Source of the DNA: Desulfobacterales bacterium
GTDB taxonomy: Bacteria > Desulfobacterota > Desulfobacteria > Desulfobacterales > UBA2174
Assembly: GCA_963668645.2 (NCBI GenBank)
Contig: CAXXWC010000018.1
Coordinates: 96,001-160,000, forward strand
Length of the DNA: 64,000 nucleotides
Direction: 5' to 3'
Below the pieces are notes generated by a model. It ran no database searches, was not told the origin of the DNA, and saw nothing but the letters and a program-made list of their open reading frames with translations. The translations under genes were made by a program, and so were the position numbers. Below are positions 37,549-46,058 of the stretch, piece after piece (the stretch's first letter is position 1; each line of letters begins with the position of its first letter).

Positions 37549-40419
37549 TTGCGAAATCCGACCAAGACGCACCCCACGGAAAATCCAGCGGCTCCCCTCA
37601 ATCAACTCCAGCGAACCCTCGACGGCGAGGTCCACCACGACCTGGTACAGCGCACCTTGCTGGCCACCGACGGGAGCATCTTCCAGATCATGCCGGCAGC
37701 CGTGGTCTACCCGCGGCACACCGGCGACGTGCAGGTCGCGGTGCGCTTTGCCAAGGAACACGGCCTGACGGTTCACCCCCGGGGAGCGGGCAGCGGCCTT
37801 TGCGGCGCGGCCCTCGGCCGGGGATTGATCATCGATTTTACCCGCTTTATGAACCGCCCCATCGGCGTGGATATCCAGGCGCGCACCTTCACCTGCGAGC
37901 CCGGCTACCGGCTGGGCGACCTTGAGGAGGCCCTGGCCGGATCGGGGCTCTTTTTCCCGCCTGATCCGTCCAGCGGCCAGTATGCCACCTTTGGCGGAAT
38001 GTTCGGCACCAACGCCAGCGGGGCCCACTCGGTCAAATACGGCAACGTGGCCGATTATATTCTGGACGCGGAAATGGTGCTGGCCGACGGGTCCCGGGTG
38101 ACCCTTTCAGACCTGGCCGCAACACCTGGCGACCGGCTCCCGGCCCCCTTTGATCGGCTTTACCGTCTTTATGCCGATCACGGCCCAACCATTGAAACGG
38201 CTTATCCGGATACGGCCTACAACAGCGCCGGGTATAACCTGCGCGGCCTGGTGCGAGACGGCCGTTTGCGGCTGGGCCGTCTGCTGGGCGGATCCGAGGG
38301 AACCCTGGCGGTGGCAACCCGCCTGACCTTCCGCCTGATCCCCAAGCCGGCCTGCGACAGCCTGGTGGTGGCCTACATGGATGATATCCAGGATGCCGCT
38401 CTGGCCGTGCAGCGGATTTTACCCATGGGGCCGGCGGGCATCGAGGTCATGGACAAGTCCCTGCTTTCGCTGGCCCGGCGCGAAGACCCGCGGCTGGCCC
38501 GGGCCCTGCCCGATGGGGTCGACAACGTGCTGCTCATCGAGTGCGACGGGCCGGACGAAGCCGCCTGCCAACGGACCAACGGGCAGGTCCTCGAGGCGCT
38601 GCAGGATCTGTCCCGTGAAGTGCACGCGGCGGCCGATGCCGCTGAAAAGGCGCGTTTTTGGGCGGTGCGCAAGGCTGCCGTGCCGATTCTCTACCGGCTG
38701 CGGGGCCGGCGCCGGATTTTGGCCCTGATCGAGGACGCCTCCGTGCCGGTGCAGCATCTGGGGACCTATTTCAAAGAGGTCTACGCACTGTTGGAGCGCC
38801 ATCGGGTCCCTTTCGTGGTGTACGGCCATATCGCCAAGGGGCTGCTCCATACCCGGCCGCTGCTCGATCTCAGAGACCCGGCCGACGTGGCCAGGCTGCG
38901 GCCCATAGCCGACGAATTTTACGCCATCGTGGCCGCCCTGGACGGCTCGGTGAGTGGCGAGCACGGGGACGGCCGGCTGCGCAGCGCCTACGTCCGGCGC
39001 CGCTATCCTCAAATCTACGACCTTTTTCTCGAGGTCAAACGGATTTTCGATCCGGCAGGCCGGCTCAACCCGGAGATCATCACCCACCACGACCCGGACC
39101 AGATGAGCCGGGATCTGCGCTTCGGGGCCGAATACCGCCCACGGCACTCCGGCCGGCAGGAGCTGGCCTGGCCAGAAGGGTTCGTCGATGCGGTGGAGCT
39201 GTGCCATGGTTGCAGCAAGTGTACCACGGTGAGCGGGGCGACGCGTATGTGCCCGGTTTACAAGGCCACCCGGGAAGAGGCGGCCGCCCCCAAGGCCAAG
39301 GCCAACCTGTTGCGGGCCCTGATCGGCGGCGCCATCGACGACCAGACCCAGTACCAGGCGGCGTTCAAACAGGTCATGGACCGCTGCGTGCACTGCGGCA
39401 GCTGCCAGCGCGAATGCCCCAGCCACGTGAACATCCCCAAGCTGGCCGCCGAGGCCAAGGCCCGCTACGTGCGGCGCTACGGCAACCCTTTGCACGATCA
39501 TCTGGTCACACGCATCGAAATTGCCGGGCGCACGATGCACAGGGTTTCGGGGCTGATCCAGACCCTGGCGGCCCCGGCCGCCGTGCGCCGGGCCGTCGAA
39601 CGGGTTACCGGCCTGTCGGCCCGGCGCCCCCTGGTTCCCTTTTCCCGCCGGAGTCTTTTCGAACGCCTCGGCCAGACAGTGCTGGGAAGCGGTCCGCGCC
39701 GGGTGCTCTACTACGCCGGCTGCGATGCGGCCTATCTGCGACCGTCCATCGGTATGGCGGCCGTTTCGCTCCTTGAGGCCGCCGGCTGGCAGGTGCTCGT
39801 TCCCCCCCAGCACTGCTGCGGCCTGCCCATGTTGGCCAAGGGGATGGTGGACGGGGCCCGGCGCCAGATCCGGCAGAACCTGCGCGCCTGGCAGGATCTG
39901 GTCGCCGGGGTGGAAGCCGTGGCGGTTACCTGTTCTTCCTGCGGCCTGGCCCTGATGCGCGAATGGGCCGATCTGATGGGCGACCAAGCCGTGGGCCGCA
40001 TCGCCGGTAAAGTCCGGCCGGTCAGCGCTTTGATCGGTGAAGCCATGGACCGGTTGCCGTTGACTGACGCAAAGCGGCAGGCGGTGGCCTACCATTATCC
40101 CTGCCACCTGTTGGGACAGGCCGAAGCGGACAGTTCGGTGCGTATGCTCCAAGCCGTCGGGGGCATCGAGTTGAGTGTTCTGGACAGCGGCTGCTGCGGG
40201 ATGGCGGGCAGTTGGGGCCTGCGCGCGGACCACGACGCTTTAAGCCGCCGGATCGGCCAGGGTCTGATGCAGCATCTGGCCGCCGCTCAGGCCGCCACCG
40301 CCGCCACCGACTGCCCGACTTGCCGGCTGCAGATGGAACAATTGGGGCCGACGCCGGTCTTCCATCCGGTGGAAATCGTGGCGGGCCGGCTGCGTCGATC
40401 CCTGCGCGATCGGAATTAA
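37549..40419 (+). CDS. FAD-binding/Fe-S 2-hydroxy-acid oxidoreductase (GlcD+GlcF-type fusion)
   Basis: PRGAGSG, PDPSS, GSEGTL, SGEHGDG, two 4Fe-4S motifs and two CCG domains; TTG start after GGAGG is inferred. Confidence 0.88.
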   Translation: MRNPTKTHPTENPAAPLNQLQRTLDGEVHHDLVQRTLLATDGSIFQIMPAAVVYPRHTGDVQVAVRFAKEHGLTVHPRGAGSGLCGAALGRGLIIDFTRFMNRPIGVDIQARTFTCEPGYRLGDLEEALAGSGLFFPPDPSSGQYATFGGMFGTNASGAHSVKYGNVADYILDAEMVLADGSRVTLSDLAATPGDRLPAPFDRLYRLYADHGPTIETAYPDTAYNSAGYNLRGLVRDGRLRLGRLLGGSEGTLAVATRLTFRLIPKPACDSLVVAYMDDIQDAALAVQRILPMGPAGIEVMDKSLLSLARREDPRLARALPDGVDNVLLIECDGPDEAACQRTNGQVLEALQDLSREVHAAADAAEKARFWAVRKAAVPILYRLRGRRRILALIEDASVPVQHLGTYFKEVYALLERHRVPFVVYGHIAKGLLHTRPLLDLRDPADVARLRPIADEFYAIVAALDGSVSGEHGDGRLRSAYVRRRYPQIYDLFLEVKRIFDPAGRLNPEIITHHDPDQMSRDLRFGAEYRPRHSGRQELAWPEGFVDAVELCHGCSKCTTVSGATRMCPVYKATREEAAAPKAKANLLRALIGGAIDDQTQYQAAFKQVMDRCVHCGSCQRECPSHVNIPKLAAEAKARYVRRYGNPLHDHLVTRIEIAGRTMHRVSGLIQTLAAPAAVRRAVERVTGLSARRPLVPFSRRSLFERLGQTVLGSGPRRVLYYAGCDAAYLRPSIGMAAVSLLEAAGWQVLVPPQHCCGLPMLAKGMVDGARRQIRQNLRAWQDLVAGVEAVAVTCSSCGLALMREWADLMGDQAVGRIAGKVRPVSALIGEAMDRLPLTDAKRQAVAYHYPCHLLGQAEADSSVRMLQAVGGIELSVLDSGCCGMAGSWGLRADHDALSRRIGQGLMQHLAAAQAATAATDCPTCRLQMEQLGPTPVFHPVEIVAGRLRRSLRDRN

Positions 40420-40421
40420 TG

Positions 40422-40564
40422 AGTGCCCGTCCGTAAATGGTGATTTTGGGTTTCCGGCAAGGCCCGAACGAGTTTTCAACCGGAGCCATAGCCCGCTATT
40501 TCGAGGATTGGAAACGGGGGAGAACGCCGCCGGGGGCCGAAAGGTGCCGTTTATGGGTGGCGCT
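40422..40564. repeat. About 143-bp long imperfect hairpin (REP/MITE-like element)
   Basis: 40422-40458 pairs with 40529-40564, with inner stems GTTTTCAA/TTGGAAAC and ATAGC/GCTAT; sits between convergent genes. Confidence 0.65.
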
Positions 40565-40612
40565 AAAGAAGGATCAGACAAAAAGGCCGGGCAACGGAAT
40601 AGACCCGGCCGC

Positions 40613-41650
40613 TCAGCAACATGGCAAGACCCGCTCGATGGCCGCCAGGGCCGCATCGATATCCTGCGCCGCCAGCGGATAGTGGGTCACGGCCCGCAGG
40701 CGGAACGGATCGAGAGCCAAAAGCTTCACCCCGGCCTCGGCCAGGGCGGTAGCCAGGCCGGCTGCGGTCAGACGCCGGTCGCTGATTTCGAAAAAGACGA
40801 TATTGGTCCGCACCAAGCTCGGGTCGGCCGTGATTCCCTTGATGCGGGCCAATCCCCGGACCAGGCGCTGGGCGTTGGCGTGATCTTCGGCCAGGCGGTC
40901 CACCATCTCATCAAGTGCCACGATTCCGGCCGCGGCCAGGATTCCGGCCTGGCGCATCCCCCCGCCGAGAACCTTGCGCGCGCGGCGCGCCGCATCCACA
41001 AACGCCCGGCTGCCGCAGACCACCGATCCCACCGGGGCCGCAAGCCCCTTGCTGAGACAAAAGGAGACCGAATCGGCTTGGGCCACCAGGTCGGCGGCCG
41101 GGCAGCCCAAAGCCACCGCGGCGTTGAAGAGTCGCGCGCCGTCCACGTGAATCTTGAGCCCCCAGCGTTTTGCCGATTCGCCCACCCGATTCATGTAGTC
41201 CACGCTCAGGGGGCTGCCGCTGCAGCGGTTGTGGGTGTTTTCGAGCACCAGAAGCCGGCTGCGGGGAAAGTGGACATCGTCACTGCGCACCGCCGCCTCG
41301 ATCTGCGCCAAATCGATGGTGCCGTCCGGCCGGTTGGGTACCGTGCGCGGGTGAATGCCGCCCAGGGCCGCCGATCCGCCCTGCTCGTAATAAAAAATAT
41401 GGGACTGGTCCCCGAGGATCATCTCGTCGCCCCGGTTGCAGTGGACCAGTTGGCATATCAGGTTGGCCATGGTGCCGCTGGCCACCAGCAGGGCCGCAGC
41501 TTTGCCGGTCCTTTCGGCGGCCATTTGTTCCAGGCGTTTGACGGTGGGGTCTTCACCGTAGACGTCGTCGCCGACTTCGGCCCGAGCCATCGCTTTTCGC
41601 ATCCGCTCGGTGGGCGGTGTGACGGTATCGCTGCGCAGATCGATGGACAT
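40613..41650 (-). CDS. ltaE: Low-specificity L-threonine aldolase
   Basis: IDLRSDTVT, GDDVYGEDPTV, HVDGARLFNA and CLSKGL motifs. Confidence 0.95.
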   Translation of the reverse strand: MSIDLRSDTVTPPTERMRKAMARAEVGDDVYGEDPTVKRLEQMAAERTGKAAALLVASGTMANLICQLVHCNRGDEMILGDQSHIFYYEQGGSAALGGIHPRTVPNRPDGTIDLAQIEAAVRSDDVHFPRSRLLVLENTHNRCSGSPLSVDYMNRVGESAKRWGLKIHVDGARLFNAAVALGCPAADLVAQADSVSFCLSKGLAAPVGSVVCGSRAFVDAARRARKVLGGGMRQAGILAAAGIVALDEMVDRLAEDHANAQRLVRGLARIKGITADPSLVRTNIVFFEISDRRLTAAGLATALAEAGVKLLALDPFRLRAVTHYPLAAQDIDAALAAIERVLPCC

Positions 41651-41678
41651 CTTCTTTTCCTTGGGATGCCGGGGGGCT

Positions 41679-41969
41679 TCAGGCGGGCTCGGGAGGATCG
41701 GCGAAAGGGGCCGGTGGATCGGTGGCACCCGCGCCGTGGACCATTCTTTCGTAAAGCCGCCCGGTATAGTTTTCCTGAATGGCGTCGCGGATGGTGCGCA
41801 TCAGGTAGGCCCGGGTGGCATCTTCCCCGTCCACACTGAGCCGGAAAGCCAGCAGACGCCTGAGCTGGGGATCGTCGCGGTCCCGGTCGGGCACCATGCG
41901 CAAAACCCGCTGAAAGACCATCTGAAAGGGACCGGGCCGGTTGTCCAACGAAATTACCTTGTCTGACAT
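41679..41969 (-). CDS. Hypothetical protein (96 aa)
   Basis: Co-oriented ORF just upstream of ltaE with GGAG upstream; no family recognised. Confidence 0.55.
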   Translation of the reverse strand: MSDKVISLDNRPGPFQMVFQRVLRMVPDRDRDDPQLRRLLAFRLSVDGEDATRAYLMRTIRDAIQENYTGRLYERMVHGAGATDPPAPFADPPEPA

Positions 41970-42245
41970 CGAAAATCTCCGATAGACATTCGTGAACCGG
42001 GCCGGCGATGCTGCGCCCCGGATTGCTCAAAGATGTTGCTCCCTCCGCCGTCGACTGTCAAGTTCATGATCATTTTGTTGACCCTTTCCAGGCGGGCAGT
42101 CCTTGATCCCGTGCCCCAGGTTGGGGTATATCATCGCCACGTCGGATATAGTCGGGCTTTCCGGTAACGCTTCGATTTTTCGACGATCTACAACGAGAGT
42201 GCCGAGAACAGATCCGGGCTGGATGGCCCTCCATGGAGAACGCGG

Positions 42246-44120
42246 ATGACCAAAACGGCTTATTGGGCCGATAGTTACGTGGAAAAGACCTGCACCGCCG
42301 AGGCGGCCCTGGCCCTGATTCGCCCCGGGCAGCGCGTGTTCGTCGGTTCTTCTTGCGGCGAGCCTCAACACCTGATGCGGACCCTGGCCCGGTCCACCGC
42401 GCGGCTCACCGATCTTGAAATCGTGCGCCTGCTGGCTCTGGAAAGCACGCCCCTGACCCTGATGGAGGGCGAAGAAAAAAACCAGGCCTTCAACATTCGC
42501 AGTTTCTACCTCGGCTCGGCCAAGCGCCGCGCGCTGGAGGCCAACCGGCGTTTTATCACGCCGATGAACCTTTCAGCCATCCCGCTGCTTTTCAAAAGCC
42601 GCCGAATGCCGCTGCACGCCGCTTTGATCCAGGTGTCTCCGCCCGACGATTTCGGCTGGATGAGCCTGGGGATTTCGGTGGATATTACCCTGGCGGCGGC
42701 CCAGGCGGCCGATCTGGTGATCGCCCAGGTCAACCCGCGCATGCCCAGGGTGCTGGGGCGCGGCTTCATCCATGTCAACGATGTGCACCGGATCGTGGAG
42801 TGGGAAGAGCCATTGCTGACCGTGGAGGACCCGCCGGAGATGGAGTCGGCCAACATCATCGGGCGGCTCATCGCCCGGCTCATCGACGACGGCTCGACGA
42901 TCCAGATCAGCCCCGGGGCCACGACCCAGGCCATTCTCTTCGGCCTGGAGAACAAAAACGATCTGGGAGTCCACAGCGAATACATCACCAACGGTATGAT
43001 GCACCTTTTCGCCAAAGGGGTCATCACCAACCGGCGCAAGGGGCACAAGGAGGGACGCCTGGTGGCCACTGCGGCCATCGGGAGCGCCAATCTTTTCGAG
43101 TTTCTGGACGACAACCCGGCCATCGACTTTCAACCCTCGGATTATGTCTGCGATCCGGCCATCATCGCCAGCCATTTTCGCATGACCAGCATGAACGTGG
43201 CCATGGCCATGGACCTTACGGGCCAGGCGGCGGCCGATGCCTTGCATTACAACCTTTTTTCCGGGGTCACGGGGATGCTCGATTTTGTGCGCGGTGCGGC
43301 CCGTGCCGAAGGGGGCAAATCGATTCTGATGCTGCCGGCCACCTCCGGCGATGGCCGGCGCAGCCGGATCGTGCCGATGCTCAATGACACCACCGTGGTG
43401 GTGCCGCGGGGCGACGTGCACTACGTGGTCACCGAGTTCGGGGCGGTCAATCTCTTCGGCAAGAGTCTTCAGGAGCGGGCCATGGCCATGATCAGCATCG
43501 CCCATCCGGATTTTCGCGAGGAACTGTTTCAGCGGGCACGCCAGATGGGGCTTTTAGGGCCGGACCGCACCCTGGGCGAATCGGTCCACGGCATCTACCC
43601 CTTCCGCCTGGAAGAGGAGATCAGTGCCGACGGCCAGACTGTGACCATCCGGCCGTCCAAGCCGGTCGACGAACGGCGCATCCAGGAGCATTTTTACGGC
43701 CTGAACAAGGAAGACGTGGTGGCGCGTTTTTTCCACGAGAAGACCACCTTCGTGCGCGACGAGGTCGCCGAGGTGTCCCAGGTGGACTACGTCAAGGATC
43801 TGACCCTGTTGGCCCTGGTCGGCGAGTTCGGCTTCGGCCGGGTCATCGCCATTGCCGAGTACCTGCTTTTGCCGGCCCGCAACATGGCCGAGGTGGCTTT
43901 TTCGGTGGAGCGCCGATGGCAGGGAAAGGGGCTGGGCAAACTGATGATCCGCAAATTGGCCGATGCGGCCCGGGAAAACGGAGTTGCCGGTCTGGTGGCC
44001 TACACCAGCCCGGAAAATCAGGCAATGATCCGGCTCTTTCGCAATCTGCCATACAAAGTACACACCGCCTTCGAGGCCGATATGCTGCACCTGAGCTGCC
44101 GTTTCGACGAGCCTTTATGA
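42246..44120 (+). CDS. Acetyl-CoA hydrolase/CoA-transferase family domain fused to a C-terminal Pat-type GNAT acetyltransferase
   Basis: QVSPPD, GVHSE, YVVTEFG and IAHPDFR (CoA-transferase), then IRP...RFF...VDY...AEVAF...WQGKGLG...N..M (GNAT). Confidence 0.88.
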   Translation: MTKTAYWADSYVEKTCTAEAALALIRPGQRVFVGSSCGEPQHLMRTLARSTARLTDLEIVRLLALESTPLTLMEGEEKNQAFNIRSFYLGSAKRRALEANRRFITPMNLSAIPLLFKSRRMPLHAALIQVSPPDDFGWMSLGISVDITLAAAQAADLVIAQVNPRMPRVLGRGFIHVNDVHRIVEWEEPLLTVEDPPEMESANIIGRLIARLIDDGSTIQISPGATTQAILFGLENKNDLGVHSEYITNGMMHLFAKGVITNRRKGHKEGRLVATAAIGSANLFEFLDDNPAIDFQPSDYVCDPAIIASHFRMTSMNVAMAMDLTGQAAADALHYNLFSGVTGMLDFVRGAARAEGGKSILMLPATSGDGRRSRIVPMLNDTTVVVPRGDVHYVVTEFGAVNLFGKSLQERAMAMISIAHPDFREELFQRARQMGLLGPDRTLGESVHGIYPFRLEEEISADGQTVTIRPSKPVDERRIQEHFYGLNKEDVVARFFHEKTTFVRDEVAEVSQVDYVKDLTLLALVGEFGFGRVIAIAEYLLLPARNMAEVAFSVERRWQGKGLGKLMIRKLADAARENGVAGLVAYTSPENQAMIRLFRNLPYKVHTAFEADMLHLSCRFDEPL

Positions 44121-44163
44121 ATCGGTATTCAGGAATTGTTCGCAATTCAGTCGGCAGGATCTA

Positions 44164-44191
44164 TTGACAAGCAAAACTGTGCAATATAAAT
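44164..44191 (+). promoter_or_regulatory. Putative sigma70 promoter of the acs operon
   Basis: TTGACA at 44164 and TATAAAT at 44185-44191 in an AT-rich intergenic region. Confidence 0.5.
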
Positions 44192-44433
44192 GGTGATGTT
44201 TAGTTTATGAGCGTTTGTGCAAAACCTCCCCGTACGATCATGTGATTATCACCAAATTGACGTCAGGTGAATCGATTACGAACTGTTTTCGATGCAGTCT
44301 ACTTCGAGAAAGGAGGTGGAATCCGGTACCTTTTGATTTTCCGCGGCCCGATGGGCCACCGCTTAGAAGCGGTAAGGTGAAAGTGGTCGGCAATCACCAT
44401 CAACGCTTATCTTTGGCATAAAGGAGACGGAAA

Positions 44434-46008
44434 TTGGGCTTCGAATTTTACAAGGAATCTTATTCCGGTACGGTCAAGGAGATCACCCTGGGCCAGGGGA
44501 ATAAGGCGGTCACCGTGGGCGGCGAGACCGGTTACCCCTTTTACCACTTCGAAGGCAAGATGCCCCGCAAACCCAGGATCGCCATGGAAATCTGGGACGT
44601 GGAGCCCAGCGATTGGCCTGAAGCAGCCCTGGCCCCCTTCAAGGATGTGGCCGGCGATCCGGCTGCCTGGGCCAAGAAATGCGTCGAGACATACGGCGCT
44701 GATCTGATCGTCCTGCAGCTCAAGAGCACGGACCCCAACGGCGTCAACGCCAGCCCCGAAGAGGCGGCGGCCATAGTCCAGAAGGTCCTGGAGGCCATCG
44801 ACGTGCCTCTAGTGGTCTGGGGAACGGCCAACCACGAGAAGGACGAGGCCGTTCTCAAGCAGATCAGCGAGACCTGCCAGGGCAAGAACCTGGTGCTCGG
44901 TCCGGTGGAAGACAAGAACCACAAGGGGATCGGGGCCAGCGTAATGGCTTACGGGCACGCGATCATCAGCTCTTCGCCCATCGATGTCAATCTGGCCAAG
45001 CAGGTCAACATTCTGCTTGAAAATCTGGGCGTATCGATGGACAAGGTTATCGTCGATCCCACCACCGGCGGCCTCGGCTACGGGCTGGAATACTCTTACT
45101 CGGTTATGGAGCGGTTGCGCATGGCGGCCCTGCAACAGGGTGACGACAAGCTCCAACTGCCCATCATCAACAATCTGGGCAACGAAATCTGGAAGTGCAA
45201 GGAAGCCAAGCAGACCGTTGACGAAGCCCCGACCCTGGGCGACCCGGAAAAACGCGGGATCCTCATGGAGGCCGTGGGCGCGGTGTGCTATCTGGTGGCC
45301 GGCAGCGATGTGCTGATCATGCGCCACCCCGAATCGATCCGTATGGTCAAGGCCTTCATCGACCTGATGGTCGACGGCGGCAGTGCCGCTGATGTGGCGG
45401 CCATTGAAAAACGGCTCGAAGCGGTCCAGATCGATCTGGCGGCTCTGGCGCCGGAGCCGGACCTGACCATCGCTGAGGAAAAGAAGGCGGCGGCCAAGCC
45501 GGTTGCAGCACCCAAAGCGGCTCCCAAGGCGGCAGCCGAAGCCAAGCCGGCGGCGGCGCCCAAAGCGGCGGCCAAACCGGCTCAAGCGCCCAAGGCGGAA
45601 GTGGTAGCCGCTCCGGCTCCGGCTGAAGACACCGCCGCCAAGGCGGAAGCCGAAGCCAAAGCCAAGGCGGAAGCGGAAGTCAAGGCCAAGGCGGATGCCG
45701 AAGCCAAGGCCAAAGCGGATGCGGCAGCCAAAGTCAAGGCGGAAGCGGAAGCCAAAGCCAAGGCCGAAGCCGAGGCCACGGCCAAGGCGGAAGCCGAAGC
45801 CAAGGCCAAGGCCGAAGAGCACGCCAAGGCGGAAGCCGAAATCGAGGCCATCCGCCAAAAGCGGGCCGCGGAGCGCGCAGAGCGCATGGCCAAGAAGGCC
45901 GTCGCGGGCGAAGGGGCGGTGAGCATGACTCCGGCCGCCGTTCAAAAGAGCATGCTCGACAAGCTCTCCGAGCGGCTGGACTGGGTCCATCGGCGCACCT
46001 GGCCCTGA
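44434..46008 (+). CDS. acsD: Corrinoid Fe-S protein small subunit (AcsD/CdhD) with long Ala/Lys/Glu-rich C-terminal extension
   Basis: TTG start after AAGGAG; SSPIDVNLAKQ, DPTTGGLGYGLEYSYSVMER and MRHP motifs. Confidence 0.93.
   Translation: MGFEFYKESYSGTVKEITLGQGNKAVTVGGETGYPFYHFEGKMPRKPRIAMEIWDVEPSDWPEAALAPFKDVAGDPAAWAKKCVETYGADLIVLQLKSTDPNGVNASPEEAAAIVQKVLEAIDVPLVVWGTANHEKDEAVLKQISETCQGKNLVLGPVEDKNHKGIGASVMAYGHAIISSSPIDVNLAKQVNILLENLGVSMDKVIVDPTTGGLGYGLEYSYSVMERLRMAALQQGDDKLQLPIINNLGNEIWKCKEAKQTVDEAPTLGDPEKRGILMEAVGAVCYLVAGSDVLIMRHPESIRMVKAFIDLMVDGGSAADVAAIEKRLEAVQIDLAALAPEPDLTIAEEKKAAAKPVAAPKAAPKAAAEAKPAAAPKAAAKPAQAPKAEVVAAPAPAEDTAAKAEAEAKAKAEAEVKAKADAEAKAKADAAAKVKAEAEAKAKAEAEATAKAEAEAKAKAEEHAKAEAEIEAIRQKRAAERAERMAKKAVAGEGAVSMTPAAVQKSMLDKLSERLDWVHRRTWP
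45637..45840 (+). repeat. Seven 24-bp coding tandem repeats (AKAEAEAK) plus partial copies in the acsD tail
   Basis: Units of the GCCAAGGCGGAAGCCGAAGCCAAA type at 45637, 45661, 45685, 45709, 45733, 45757 and 45781. Confidence 0.9.
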
Positions 46009-46058
46009 GCCTGCGCAACCCTATCCTGACATTCCACAACGATGAGGAGGAACCTCAG

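Noticed and set aside
44205..44283. Possible Rex operator upstream of the acs operon
   Set aside because: Only half-site matches to TTGTGAA-N4-TTCACAA; not convincing by eye.
45637..45840. 24-bp repeats as a possible CRISPR array
   Set aside because: No spacers, in-frame coding repeats, and no cas genes.
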